NCBI RefSeq assembly: GCF_018398935.1
Contig: NZ_CP074694.1
Location: 1,208,846 to 1,272,845 of the forward strand
DNA from: Telmatocola sphagniphila
GTDB lineage: Bacteria; Planctomycetota; Planctomycetia; Gemmatales; Gemmataceae
Reading direction: 5' to 3'
Length of the DNA stretch: 64,000 nucleotides
A program made the translations under genes and the position numbers. Below the pieces are notes generated by a model. The model saw only the letters and a list, made by a program, of their open reading frames with translations. It had not been told where the DNA came from and searched no databases. This document shows, piece after piece, positions 28,442 through 38,788 of this stretch (within the stretch, counting starts at the first letter, position 1; the number at the start of each line of letters is the position of its first letter).

Positions 28442-30252
28442 TCGGGAATATCGTCACGATTCGACTCGGGACGTCGTATACCGTGCTTGGCGAGTTTGCG
28501 ATAAAGGGTATCCCGATTAAGTCCTGTAATTAGTGCTGCGCGAGCCATATTCCAGTTGGTTTTCTTAAGAGCCTGTTCGATTGCTAGGATTTCCAGCTTT
28601 TCAATATTCAGCTCTGGCAGATCCAGGATTTGGCCGTATTCCTCATCTAAGTGATTCCTCACCAAATCCCCGTTAATCACCATATCAGCCGCATTGCAGT
28701 AGATTCGATCGAGAGTATTCCGCAATTCGCGAATGTTGCCGGGCCATGTGTGCTGCTGGAGTGCCTCCCAGCCCGATTCGTCGATCCGTAACTCGACGTC
28801 GCTATTTTTTTTTGCGAAATGCTCGATCAGCAGCGGGATATCGGACAACCGTTCACGCAACGGAGGAACGATAACTCGCAAAACATTCAACCGATAGAAC
28901 AGATCCGCGCGAAATCGCTTCTGATCCTTCATTTTCGCAAGATCCGCATTGGTCGCCGCGATGATTCGGACATCGACCTTTTCATCTTGGGATCCGCCCA
29001 CCGAGCGAATGGTTCCCTGTTCGAGGACTCGCAGCAATTTAGCCTGGCAGGCGTCTGACATCTCCCCCAATTCATCGAGAAACAGAATTCCATCGTCTGC
29101 TTCCCGAAAGACTCCAATGTGTTTTTTAGTGGCCCCGGTGAAAGCCCCGATCTCATGACCGAATAAATGCGATTCGAGTAATCCATCTGGAATGGCGGCA
29201 CAATTCACGGGAACGAAGCCTCGTCCCGCCCGCAAACTCAGCTTGTGGATTTCGCGAGCGACGAGTTCTTTACCGACGCCACTCTCGCCAAGTATCAAAA
29301 CCGATTTTTCATGACGGCTTACATTTTTTATCTGCCGGAGTAACTCCTGCATCGGGGGACTTTGGCCGACCATGACATAACTGGAATCGGCCGAGTCCTC
29401 AACTCTTTGCCCATAAAGAGCCTCGCTTTGCTCCTGAAATTGATTGATGCGCCCAATCAGAAACGGAAGTGCAATCTCGAAGATGGACTTGTCCCGGGAA
29501 GTGAACTCTCTTTCGTGAGAATAGACGTGGAGAGTGCCGAATTTTTTGTCGTTGTACACCAGGGGAGCACACAAAGCGTCTTTGAAATCCGCAAGACTCG
29601 CACTGTCGAGTTCAACACTTCGGCTGCGCAATTGAACGGTTCCGCCTTCCACGGTTGCCCACCGGGATAACTTCTGGCTGAGTTGAATGTCGAGACTGTG
29701 ATTTCGAGGTATTACCAGTTTCGGTTCGCTGAGTATGGGATCGCTTCTTAAATAGCCGATGACATTAGCTCGCAGCATGACTTGAAGGTATTCCATTGCC
29801 AACTCCAGGAATTTCTTCAAATCCACTTCCTTGGAAGTTTGGCTGATGAATGCGTGGAGTTGCTTAATTTCATCCTCGAATCGCATCGTACTCTGTGCAG
29901 AGGTATCCTCTGAGCGATCCGGGGAGGGACCCGCTTGCACCAGAGTGAATTTGAAACGATTGTTGATGATCTGGATTTCGCTGGAATTCTCGAGCTGACA
30001 TATCTTGTCTTCGCGATCGTAACGCTTGCCGTTGACGAGAGTGCCGTTCTGCCCTTCATTTTCCAAAAACCAGCGGATCCCTTCATTGTAAATCCGCGCA
30101 TGAGTACTCGAGACATAATCATCAGCCAGCACCATCATCGCTTTTTTTTGACTTCGACCGAGAATCAACTGCTCTCCGCGACTAATTTCAAAAACTCGAG
30201 GGGTGACATTACCTTCCACTACGACGAGTCTGGCGCGCATAAAAAGGACCAT
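28438..30252 (-). CDS. Sigma-54-dependent transcriptional activator with N-terminal FHA and GAF domains and a C-terminal Fis-type HTH
   Basis: FHA-like start VVEGNVTPRVFEISRGEQLILGRSQ...SSTHARI. AAA+ motifs GESGVGKELVAREIH, the GAFTGA loop (EIGAFTGATK), and ESHLFGHE. C-terminal HTH. Confidence 0.85.
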   Translation of the reverse strand: MVLFMRARLVVVEGNVTPRVFEISRGEQLILGRSQKKAMMVLADDYVSSTHARIYNEGIRWFLENEGQNGTLVNGKRYDREDKICQLENSSEIQIINNRFKFTLVQAGPSPDRSEDTSAQSTMRFEDEIKQLHAFISQTSKEVDLKKFLELAMEYLQVMLRANVIGYLRSDPILSEPKLVIPRNHSLDIQLSQKLSRWATVEGGTVQLRSRSVELDSASLADFKDALCAPLVYNDKKFGTLHVYSHEREFTSRDKSIFEIALPFLIGRINQFQEQSEALYGQRVEDSADSSYVMVGQSPPMQELLRQIKNVSRHEKSVLILGESGVGKELVAREIHKLSLRAGRGFVPVNCAAIPDGLLESHLFGHEIGAFTGATKKHIGVFREADDGILFLDELGEMSDACQAKLLRVLEQGTIRSVGGSQDEKVDVRIIAATNADLAKMKDQKRFRADLFYRLNVLRVIVPPLRERLSDIPLLIEHFAKKNSDVELRIDESGWEALQQHTWPGNIRELRNTLDRIYCNAADMVINGDLVRNHLDEEYGQILDLPELNIEKLEILAIEQALKKTNWNMARAALITGLNRDTLYRKLAKHGIRRPESNRDDIPD

Positions 30253-30388
30253 CCGTAAGGTATTTCTGGACGATTCGAACCATGAAAATTATGAACTGAT
30301 CTTCAATTATCTTTTGTATCAACCAGTCAAGTCAATTGGATAGCTATAAATTCGCTGCGAGAATCCACTTTTCCATATCAAATTTGGT

Positions 30389-33300
30389 ATGCACAGAGAA
30401 ATTGAACATGCCGGCGAAATATTCGAGCGTCCCAAAACGCTGGGCATCTATCTGTTCACATCCTTATTGCTCCTGTTGCTTTTGGCCGATATCTGGGTTC
30501 CATTCTCCGCATGCTTGTCTGCCACGTTCGGTACTTCTCTGCCCTCCTGGCGATCGCAGGAAATTTACGGCTTTCGGCTGGCTCAAATCGCTGCGATTCT
30601 GGGAGGGGCTCGGGTTCTCTTTGGATCTCTGGAAAAACTGTTTGCGGGTAAGATCAGTGCCGATCTCGCCACGGCCATAGCCTGTATAGCGGCCATAGCG
30701 ATGAACGAACCGCTCATCGCCGCGGAAGTTATCGTCATCGGTCTGGTGGGCGAATGTCTGGAGATCTGGACCTTCGAAAGAGCCCGCCAAGGGGTTCAAA
30801 AACTGATCGAAGTCTTTCCACTTCGCTGTTGGAAACTGGTCGATGGGCAGGAACAAAGAGTTTTTACCTCCGAACTTGCAGTTGGGGATACCATTCTGGT
30901 CAAACCCGGCGGCAAAATTCCGGTTGATGGTACGATTCTCGAGGGGACTTCTTCGATCGATCTCAGCGCCTTGACCGGAGAAAGTCTTCCGGTGGATAAA
31001 AAGGCCGGAGACATAGTCCTCGCGGGAAGCGTCAATCAATTTGGCGCTCTGACGATCCGGGCAGACCAAGTTGCCTCGGCCACGGCCGTCGGACATATGA
31101 TTCTGCAAACGGCACAGGCGTTGAAAAACAAAGCCCAGGTGGAAAGACAAGTCGATCGACTGGCAACCTGGTTCCTACCCGCACTTCTGGCCGTAGCGTT
31201 CGCGGTCTTTGCTTTGAATGTTTTTGTCCTCACCGGGCCATGGAAGGCGATCGAGTCTCGATTGAATCTTGCCGCGGCGGCACGACAAAGCTTATATCCC
31301 ACTCTGGGTGTGCTGGTCGTGGCGTGTCCTTGCGCCTTACTTCTTGCCACACCTGCGGCTGTGATTGCGGCGTTGGGGCGTCTGGCAGGCACTGGAATTG
31401 TTATTAAAGGGGGAGCAGTAATCGAAAAACTGGCCTCGATTCGGGCATTGGCTTTTGACAAAACGGGGACACTCACTCAGGCGAAACTAAAGCTTCGCAT
31501 CATCAAACCGATCGGTTCTGTATCGGAATCCGACATTTTGAGACTCGCAGGGGCTATTGAAAAATTCAGTGAACATCCCATCGCCGCTTGTATTCTCGAG
31601 GAAGTAAAAAGCCGAAATCTCGACCTGCCCTCAGCAACTGAATTTCAAGCCTATCCCGGCGCCGGGGCCAGCGGCCTCGTAGATGGACAAAAAGTTCTGA
31701 TCGGAAATGGTAGATTTCTTCAGTCCGAAGGTGTGCCGATCCTGGACATTTCTGAGGAATGGGAGAAGGCTTCTGAAGCCAGTGCGACAATTCTCTATGT
31801 CGCGGTGGACTCCCGATTAATCGGAATTCTAGGAGTGCAGGATACTATCCGCCTGGAAGCGGCCGATGTTCTCGCAGCCTTACGAGCTGATGGTATCGAT
31901 CGCTTTGCCATTTTGACGGGGGATCGCTCCAACGTGGCAGGCGAAATCGGTCATGCATTGAACATTTCAGATGTTCACGGAGAGCTTTTCCCTCAGCAGA
32001 AGGCCGATTGGCTAAAACTCCACCCCGACTATGCCTATATCGGAGACGGAATCAATGATGCTCTGGCCTTGGCCACGGCCCCTGTAGGATTAGCCATACG
32101 GCATCCGCAATCCGATTCAGCCGCCGAGGCCGGGGATGTCATTCTCTACGGTGATCCGCTGGGACATCTGCCGCTGTTGATGCGTTTGTCCCGCGAAACG
32201 GTAAAAGTCATCCGCCAGAATATCCTGGTCTTTGCATTCCTCGTCAATCTGATTGGGGTTGTTCTTGTCGGTTTGCTGTGGCCTTTGATTTTCGGCGGCG
32301 GACCCGTCTATGAAAAATCCCCACTCGTCGGAGTTATTTATCACCAATTTGGATCTCTCGCGGTACTCCTAAATTCGCTCCGACTCTTGTTCTTTGAACG
32401 AAAATCCTCCGCGCTGGGATTCTTTAAAATCAAAATCGCGTTGAAGTCTTTCGATATTTGGGTAGACCGCTATTTCAATTTAGATCATCTGATCCACGAG
32501 ATCACTCATCATGCCAATAAACTTACCGCAGGCTTGGCGGGATTGCTGTTGGTACTCTGGGCACTTTCTGGACTAGTTCAAGTTGGACCCGATGAGATTG
32601 GAATTTGCAAGCGTTTCGGTCATATAGAGGAACTTCTAGAACCTGGCTTGCACCTTCGTTATCCCTTCCTCGTCGAGGAGACGATTAAGCTCAAACCCAA
32701 CGCCGTACGCAATGTCGAACTAGGATTTCGGGTGAATCTGAATTCAACGGGAAGTCGTATTCTTGCACCCAAATCTGAGATGGCTCTTTCCTGGACGAAC
32801 TCTCATACCGAAGATCTTTACCGAATCTCGGACGAAAGCCTGATGCTGACTGGGGACGGGAACCTGGTGGATGTGCTGGCGAGCGTTCAATATATCGTTG
32901 ACGATCCGGCTGCTTATCTGACCACCTGCGAGGACACGGAAAGGCTCGTCCGGCTGACATTTGAATCTCTACTGCGGGAGCGATTGGCGGGAGAGGCCTT
33001 TCTGGATTTGTTGACGATTCGCCGCAATCAATTGGTAACCGAGCTATTACTGGCTTTGAATGAACGATTGCAATCGATCCATCCTCAGAAATTGGGGATA
33101 GAACTGGTCGGAATGACATTACCTGATTTGCATCCTCCTACTAGCGTCGTGCCGGCCTACCACGACGTGGCTCGGGCGATTCAAGGACGCGATCAGCAAA
33201 TCAATCAGGCCTTGGCCGAGTCGATTCGTAAGCGTAGTCGAGCCGAGGAGGATGCCGGTTATCTAACTCGTATCGCCGAAGCTGCCGCCGCGGAAAAAGT

Positions 33301-33613
33301 TCGTCAGGCCGAAGGGGCTCGGGATGCTTTTCTCGCTTGGGTGAAATTCCGTAGCCAGATTACTGAGGATGAGGAACGGGCCATTCAAACTCAAATAGCA
33401 GAGCCACAACAGCGTGAGAAAGCCCGGGCCGAATTGCTGACAATGAAGCGACAGCTGACAGAATTCCGCCTGTCCTTGGAAGCAGCCGTGCAATTTTTGA
33501 AGGGTCGGGATAAAGTATTGATCGATGCGGATAAGGTGCCGGGAAAGCGAAGTTTCTTTCTGCTTGATCCGGAGGTATTGAAGGTGATAATGCCCAGCGA
33601 TCCCAAACCGTAA
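30389..33613 (+). CDS. Fusion protein: P1B-type heavy-metal P-type ATPase (no N-terminal metal-binding domain) plus C-terminal HflK/HflC-like SPFH (band 7) domain
   Basis: ATPase half: TGES, CPC in TM6 (VVACPCALLLATP), DKTGTLT, SEHPIA, GDGINDALAL, and two C-terminal TM helices ending ...NSLRLL. Then a TM helix and an SPFH domain (IGICKRFGHIEELLEPGLHLRYPFLVE..., LTGDGNLVDVLASVQYIVDDPAAYL) with a coiled-coil tail. A single 1074-aa open frame. Confidence 0.8.
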   Translation: MHREIEHAGEIFERPKTLGIYLFTSLLLLLLLADIWVPFSACLSATFGTSLPSWRSQEIYGFRLAQIAAILGGARVLFGSLEKLFAGKISADLATAIACIAAIAMNEPLIAAEVIVIGLVGECLEIWTFERARQGVQKLIEVFPLRCWKLVDGQEQRVFTSELAVGDTILVKPGGKIPVDGTILEGTSSIDLSALTGESLPVDKKAGDIVLAGSVNQFGALTIRADQVASATAVGHMILQTAQALKNKAQVERQVDRLATWFLPALLAVAFAVFALNVFVLTGPWKAIESRLNLAAAARQSLYPTLGVLVVACPCALLLATPAAVIAALGRLAGTGIVIKGGAVIEKLASIRALAFDKTGTLTQAKLKLRIIKPIGSVSESDILRLAGAIEKFSEHPIAACILEEVKSRNLDLPSATEFQAYPGAGASGLVDGQKVLIGNGRFLQSEGVPILDISEEWEKASEASATILYVAVDSRLIGILGVQDTIRLEAADVLAALRADGIDRFAILTGDRSNVAGEIGHALNISDVHGELFPQQKADWLKLHPDYAYIGDGINDALALATAPVGLAIRHPQSDSAAEAGDVILYGDPLGHLPLLMRLSRETVKVIRQNILVFAFLVNLIGVVLVGLLWPLIFGGGPVYEKSPLVGVIYHQFGSLAVLLNSLRLLFFERKSSALGFFKIKIALKSFDIWVDRYFNLDHLIHEITHHANKLTAGLAGLLLVLWALSGLVQVGPDEIGICKRFGHIEELLEPGLHLRYPFLVEETIKLKPNAVRNVELGFRVNLNSTGSRILAPKSEMALSWTNSHTEDLYRISDESLMLTGDGNLVDVLASVQYIVDDPAAYLTTCEDTERLVRLTFESLLRERLAGEAFLDLLTIRRNQLVTELLLALNERLQSIHPQKLGIELVGMTLPDLHPPTSVVPAYHDVARAIQGRDQQINQALAESIRKRSRAEEDAGYLTRIAEAAAAEKVRQAEGARDAFLAWVKFRSQITEDEERAIQTQIAEPQQREKARAELLTMKRQLTEFRLSLEAAVQFLKGRDKVLIDADKVPGKRSFFLLDPEVLKVIMPSDPKP

Positions 33614-33641
33614 GTTCAGGAATCGCTGAGATTCACTTCTT

Positions 33642-34484
33642 TTACTTGTCAAGGAGTTTGCGAGAGTTCATCCATTTGATAAGTTCGTCGGGCCATTTTG
33701 AAAATGGGAGGTCTTTTACCGTGTTACCAAGCCCCAGGCCGTGTTGACCTTTCTCATAGGTTACCAATTGGACTGGTACGCCGTGCTTTTCGCAGGCTTC
33801 CTTGAAGAGCTTGCTGTTATCCACTTTGACGGCTTTGTCTTCTTCGGTGTGTACCAGGAATGTCGGAGGCGTATCCTTGGTCACCTGCTTCTCGTTAGAG
33901 TAAAATTCCACGAGCTTAGTATCCGGTTTGTTCCCAATTAAGTTGGTACGGCTACCGCCGTGCGTGACAGGGCCCATGCTGATAACGGGATAAGCCAGAA
34001 TTGCAAAATCTGGACGACTGCTGACCTGATCAATGGGATCTTTGGCTTCTTTATTTCCGGAATCGAAATGCGTGGCGGCCGTCGAGGCCAAATGCCCACC
34101 CGCAGAGAATCCCATGACGCCAATTCGCTTGGGATCTATGCCATAATCTTTTGATTTGAATCTCGCCCAGCGAATGGCTCGTTGGACGTCCAGCATCGGT
34201 GCGGGCTCGATGGGACCTTTCAAATTTTTATCAGCGATACGATATTTCAACACGAAAACAGTCACGCCGTGCTGGTTAAGAAAGTTCGCGACTTGCTTGC
34301 CTTCATGATCCATAGCCAGAAAGCCATAACCTCCACCGGGGCAAACTACTACGGCGCAACCATTCTTTTTATCTTTGGGGGCTTCGTAAGCATAAATGCC
34401 AGGCATGCCCTCTTTACCCGTGGGCATCGGGCCGGGCATCCTATCGCCCCAGATAGGGAGGAGCATCATAACCAAAAGAGCCAT
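33642..34484 (-). CDS. Alpha/beta hydrolase (esterase / lipase, acetyl-esterase-like)
   Basis: 280 aa. HGGG-type oxyanion region (VVVCPGGGYGFLA) and nucleophile elbow GFSAGGHLAS. Confidence 0.7.
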   Translation of the reverse strand: MALLVMMLLPIWGDRMPGPMPTGKEGMPGIYAYEAPKDKKNGCAVVVCPGGGYGFLAMDHEGKQVANFLNQHGVTVFVLKYRIADKNLKGPIEPAPMLDVQRAIRWARFKSKDYGIDPKRIGVMGFSAGGHLASTAATHFDSGNKEAKDPIDQVSSRPDFAILAYPVISMGPVTHGGSRTNLIGNKPDTKLVEFYSNEKQVTKDTPPTFLVHTEEDKAVKVDNSKLFKEACEKHGVPVQLVTYEKGQHGLGLGNTVKDLPFSKWPDELIKWMNSRKLLDK

Positions 34485-34619
34485 TTTTCATTCCTCGGAG
34501 AGTAAAACCGACATTGAGTTAAAACACGCTAAGAGAATAACATGACCCAGCTTGATTGGAAAGCTGGGAACAAACGATATAACAGAAATTTTTAGCGAAT
34601 TTCCGCGAGAAGGCGCACG

Positions 34620-35453
34620 ATGTCCAACCACAATGGTGGATCGGAAATGAAGATCATCCATGAACCCAGCGTTTACGTCGTGGGGCGTCAGTATCTCGAC
34701 GACGGGGAACTAAATCGTTTCCTGACCGATCATGGTGTGACCTGGCAAAGCGATAGCGAAGTTGCTGCGGAAGTGTTGACCGAGTCGGCCGGCCGCATCT
34801 GCTATATGTCTTTTGCTAAACCTCGGCCGGGCGGTAACAGCACTTATCTCAAACACATCAAAGAAGTTGGACACGGTTCTGTACTGGAACATGCCGTTTG
34901 GAATCTGGTGTTCACCGGTGTCTCGCGAGCGCTCACGCACGAATTGATCCGGCACCGGGCCGGGATGGGATACTCCCAGTTGAGCCAACGTTACGTGGAC
35001 GAATCGGTAGCCGAATATGTCGAGCCCAAGATCATTGCATCTGACCCGGAACTGCATCAGATCTGGCAGGATGCAGTTCGTCAGATGCATGAAGCCTACT
35101 TGAAGTTATCGGAAGGCTTGAACATAAAATTGACCGATCCGAAGTTGGCGGCGGAAGCCGGATTGCCGCCGGATGCAGACCGGACCACCCGGCGCAAATC
35201 TGCCCGCCAAGCCGCGCGGAGCGTGCTGCCAAATGCTACGGAAACCAAGATATTCGTAACGGCAAATGCTCGGGCGATTCGCCACTTTCTGGAAATGCGG
35301 GGATCTGCGGCGGCGGACGTCGAGATTCGTCAGCTCGCCAATAAGGTGCTGGAAGTTATGCAGAAAGAAAGCCCGAATCTCTTTGGGGATTACGAGAGAA
35401 TCCCGCTACCGGATGGAACGTTCGAGATCACCACTGCTTTTAGAAAAGTGTAA
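34620..35453 (+). CDS. thyX: FAD-dependent thymidylate synthase
   Basis: RHRAGMGYSQLSQRY matches the ThyX signature RHRxxxxxQxSxRY. Length 277 aa. Confidence 0.9.
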   Translation: MSNHNGGSEMKIIHEPSVYVVGRQYLDDGELNRFLTDHGVTWQSDSEVAAEVLTESAGRICYMSFAKPRPGGNSTYLKHIKEVGHGSVLEHAVWNLVFTGVSRALTHELIRHRAGMGYSQLSQRYVDESVAEYVEPKIIASDPELHQIWQDAVRQMHEAYLKLSEGLNIKLTDPKLAAEAGLPPDADRTTRRKSARQAARSVLPNATETKIFVTANARAIRHFLEMRGSAAADVEIRQLANKVLEVMQKESPNLFGDYERIPLPDGTFEITTAFRKV

Positions 35454-35788
35454 GTGTTGAACCTACGCCAAAGGCTGAGATGGCAATTCTGCGGGAAAAA
35501 CGATTTTTTTTGCGAAATTGACTTTGCACTTGCCAAGAGCTGTATTATGGTGTTAACTGTACTGAAGACACGAGTAAATGCACCCCGTGTTATACCATCG
35601 CCCAATTCGTTCCTACGCCAACCCTGCTTCACGCTAGTAATCAACTCGCCCCGATCTAGTGCTTTGTTTGGGTGTTGAAAGAATCTCAAAAGTTGACACT
35701 ATCTAGTAATTTATCCTACTTGGGACGGTGATTTCCGTTCTGTCCGGGCCTATTCATTTGCATATCGAATCAGCCGGACACACTGTTT

Positions 35789-36922
35789 TTGGAAAAGGCA
35801 ATGAGCCAAACGATCGACCAGACGACTACTCAGGGTGTTCTCGAACTTCACCAAAAAGGCTACGGATTTCTTCGCAATCCCCAGCGATTTTATGCCCCTC
35901 AGCCGACCGACGCTTACGTTTCACAAGAATTAATTCGCAAACACAAACTCCGGGAAGGTTCGCTTCTCATGGGTCCCGTGGGACAACCGCAGAAAGGGAC
36001 TGGGTCCGGGCCGAGACTGACGGGAATTGAACGGATAGAAAACTTTGAACTCGAACTGTTCCGCCAACCCGATTGGGACGAACTGACGGCAATTGACCCT
36101 CGCGAAAAAATCAAACTCGAGACGGGGGCTCAACCTCTGACGACCCGAGTCATGGATCTCTTTACGCCATTGGGTAAAGGTCAGCGTGGGTTGATCGTCG
36201 CCCCGCCCCGAACCGGTAAAACAGTGCTTCTGCAGCACATCGCGCAAGCTGTTTCGGTCAACCATCCGGAAATGCATCTGATGGTGCTTCTCGTTGATGA
36301 GCGGCCGGAAGAAGTGACCGAGATGAGACGAACTATCCGTGGAGAAGTGGTCGCCAGCTCCTCCGATAAAGATTCAGCCAATCATATCCGAACGGCCGAA
36401 TTGGTGATGGAACGGGCCAAGCGATTGACTGAACAGGGTAAAGATGTTTTCGTGCTACTGGATAGCCTGACACGATTAGCCCGCGCCTATAACAAGGCGA
36501 CGACAGGCGGTCGGACGATGTCGGGCGGGCTGGACAGCCGGGCCATGGAACTCCCCAAGAGACTGTTCGGCGCGGCCCGGGCTTTGGAAGAAGGCGGCAG
36601 TCTGACGGTCGTCGGCACCGCGTTGGTTGAAACCGGCTCCCGGATGGATGATGTGATTTTTGAGGAATTCAAAGGTACTGGTAACATGGAACTTGTTCTG
36701 GATCGCAAGCTCAGCGATCGCAGAATTTACCCGGCTATTAATCTGGCGGAATCGGGGACTCGTAAAGAAGAGCGATTGCTAACAGAAGAAGATTATCGCC
36801 GTGTCTCGCTGATTCGACGCCACCTGGTGGATCTACCTCCAGTTCAGGCCATGGAAAATCTGCTGAAACACATGAGTAAAACTGAAAATAATCAGGCCTT
36901 TCTGGATAAGATGAAAGTCTAA
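35789..36922 (+). CDS. rho: Transcription termination factor Rho (short form lacking the N-terminal helical subdomain). The start may be the ATG at 35801.
   Basis: GYGFLRN (equivalent to E. coli GFGFLR), Walker [19 protein letters not shown] and R loops, and a near-identical C-terminal half ([24 protein letters not shown]). 377 aa versus 419 aa in E. coli. Confidence 0.9.
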   Translation: MEKAMSQTIDQTTTQGVLELHQKGYGFLRNPQRFYAPQPTDAYVSQELIRKHKLREGSLLMGPVGQPQKGTGSGPRLTGIERIENFELELFRQPDWDELTAIDPREKIKLETGAQPLTTRVMDLFTPLGKGQRGLIVAPPRTGKTVLLQHIAQAVSVNHPEMHLMVLLVDERPEEVTEMRRTIRGEVVASSSDKDSANHIRTAELVMERAKRLTEQGKDVFVLLDSLTRLARAYNKATTGGRTMSGGLDSRAMELPKRLFGAARALEEGGSLTVVGTALVETGSRMDDVIFEEFKGTGNMELVLDRKLSDRRIYPAINLAESGTRKEERLLTEEDYRRVSLIRRHLVDLPPVQAMENLLKHMSKTENNQAFLDKMKV

Positions 36923-36956
36923 TTTCTAAAGTACTTCGTCCAGTTTTTTTCGATAG

Positions 36957-38786
36957 ATGGGGGCAATCCTCATGTGGACCCCAACCGCCGACGAGATCAA
37001 GAAAACTCATATTCAGCAGGCTCTCGAATCTCATCACCTCGATTCTTACGAGCAGCTCCATGCCGATTCCGTCCGGAACTGGGAATCGTTTTGGCAAAGT
37101 ATGATCGCCCAGTTTAAGGTTCGATTTTTCAAATCTCCGGCTGCAACCGCTGACATTTCTCAGGGCATAGAACGAATCTCCTGGCTACCTGGTGCGGAAT
37201 TAAATATTGCCGCGAGTGCACTGGAATCTCGGGAGCCCGAATTAAAAGCGATTGAATTCCAGCGGCCGAATGGTTCGCGGGAGAGTTGGAGCTACGCCGA
37301 ACTCAATCAAAAATCCCGGCAGGTGGCCGAAGGTTTGAAGCGGCTTGGGCTGCAAAAAGGGGACGCCATCGCCATTGATATGATGATGACGGTTGAATCT
37401 GTCGCCATCTATCTCGGCATCATCCTGATGGGTGGCGTCGTTGTCTCCATAGCGGATAGCTTCCCAGCCGAAGAGATTGCCAAGCGACTTCGGATCAGCA
37501 ACGCCAAGTTGATCTTCACACAGGATTTCCTTCTCCGAGGCGAGAAAACTTTCCCCTTATTCGAGCGTATAGTTGCGGCGAATTCTCCGCCAGCAATCGT
37601 ACTATCCCTGCGGGAAAAAGGAACAGTTTCTCTACGATCTGGGGACCTATTTTGGAGTGAGTTCCTGCCACAGGAGGAGCTAAAAGAGGCTGCGAAATGC
37701 CTGGCGGAAGATCCGATCAACATTCTTTTTTCCTCCGGCACCACTGGGGATCCCAAGGCGATTCCCTGGAATCACACGATACCGATCAAAGCTGCGTCCG
37801 ATGCTTTCTGGCATCACAATTTGCAGGAGGGGGATATTGTCTGCTGGCCAACCAATCTGGGATGGATGATGGGACCTTGGCTGATTTTCGCGAGCCTTCT
37901 AAATCGTTGCACAATCGCGCTTTTTGAGGGATCTCCGTTGGAGCGTGAGTTCTGTGAATTCGTCGCGGATTCCCGGGTAACAATGCTCGGGGTCGTTCCC
38001 AGTCTGGTTAAAAATTGGAGGAAGAATAAGCTTCTGGAAGCAGTCGACTGGTCCAACATCAAATGTTTTAGTTCGACGGGCGAGGCGAGCAGTCCGGAAG
38101 ATTACACTTGGCTGATGTCCGCCGGGCAGAAGCCGAATGTCACCAAGCCGATTCTGGAATACTGCGGCGGAACTGAAATCGGCGGAGCATATATATCGAG
38201 CGCTCTTACCAAACCCAATGAACCGAGTATCTTCAACGCCAAAGTGATGGGAGTGGACTTCGTTGTGTTGAATGATTTGGGGCATCCTTGCTCTCAGGGT
38301 GAAGTCGGCGAGGTATTTCTGAAAACCCCTTCAATGGGGCTTTCAACCCGGTTGCTCAATCGAGATCATCACAAAATTTATTTTGAAGGATGCCCCAAGG
38401 GCCTTCGCAGGCATGGCGATCGTTTACGCATTCTAGGAAGCGAACGATATTGCTCGGATGGCCGAGCAGATAACACAATGAATCTGGGCGGTATAAAAAC
38501 GAGTTCTGCAGAGATCGAAGCGGCCTTACGAGGGATACCAGAGATTCTGGAAGTCGCCGCAGTCGGAGTTCCGCCAAAGGCGGGCGGACCCGATCAATTA
38601 ATTCTCTATGTCGTTTTGAAACAGCCTTCGGACCTTATTGAACTCCAGGGAAAATGCCAGAAAAGCCTCTCCGCCAATCTCAATCCGCTATTCCGAATCC
38701 ACGAAGTTCGGCTTTTGGAACATCTGCCGCGAACCGCTTCCAATAAAGTCATGCATCGCGAGTTGCGAGATAGAGCACGTTGCTGA
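36957..38786 (+). CDS. AMP-dependent synthetase / ligase (acyl-CoA synthetase superfamily)
   Basis: AMP-binding motif I FSSGTTGDPKAI. C-terminal motifs around GGIKTSSAEIE. Length 609 aa. Confidence 0.8.
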   Translation: MGAILMWTPTADEIKKTHIQQALESHHLDSYEQLHADSVRNWESFWQSMIAQFKVRFFKSPAATADISQGIERISWLPGAELNIAASALESREPELKAIEFQRPNGSRESWSYAELNQKSRQVAEGLKRLGLQKGDAIAIDMMMTVESVAIYLGIILMGGVVVSIADSFPAEEIAKRLRISNAKLIFTQDFLLRGEKTFPLFERIVAANSPPAIVLSLREKGTVSLRSGDLFWSEFLPQEELKEAAKCLAEDPINILFSSGTTGDPKAIPWNHTIPIKAASDAFWHHNLQEGDIVCWPTNLGWMMGPWLIFASLLNRCTIALFEGSPLEREFCEFVADSRVTMLGVVPSLVKNWRKNKLLEAVDWSNIKCFSSTGEASSPEDYTWLMSAGQKPNVTKPILEYCGGTEIGGAYISSALTKPNEPSIFNAKVMGVDFVVLNDLGHPCSQGEVGEVFLKTPSMGLSTRLLNRDHHKIYFEGCPKGLRRHGDRLRILGSERYCSDGRADNTMNLGGIKTSSAEIEAALRGIPEILEVAAVGVPPKAGGPDQLILYVVLKQPSDLIELQGKCQKSLSANLNPLFRIHEVRLLEHLPRTASNKVMHRELRDRARC

Positions 38787-38788
38787 GA

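Noticed and set aside
30253-30420. Sigma-54 (-24/-12) promoter upstream of the ATPase::SPFH gene
   Set aside because: The TGGTATGCACAG and TTGGATAGCTATAAATTCGC strings do not give correct GG-N10-GC spacing. No promoter could be called by eye.
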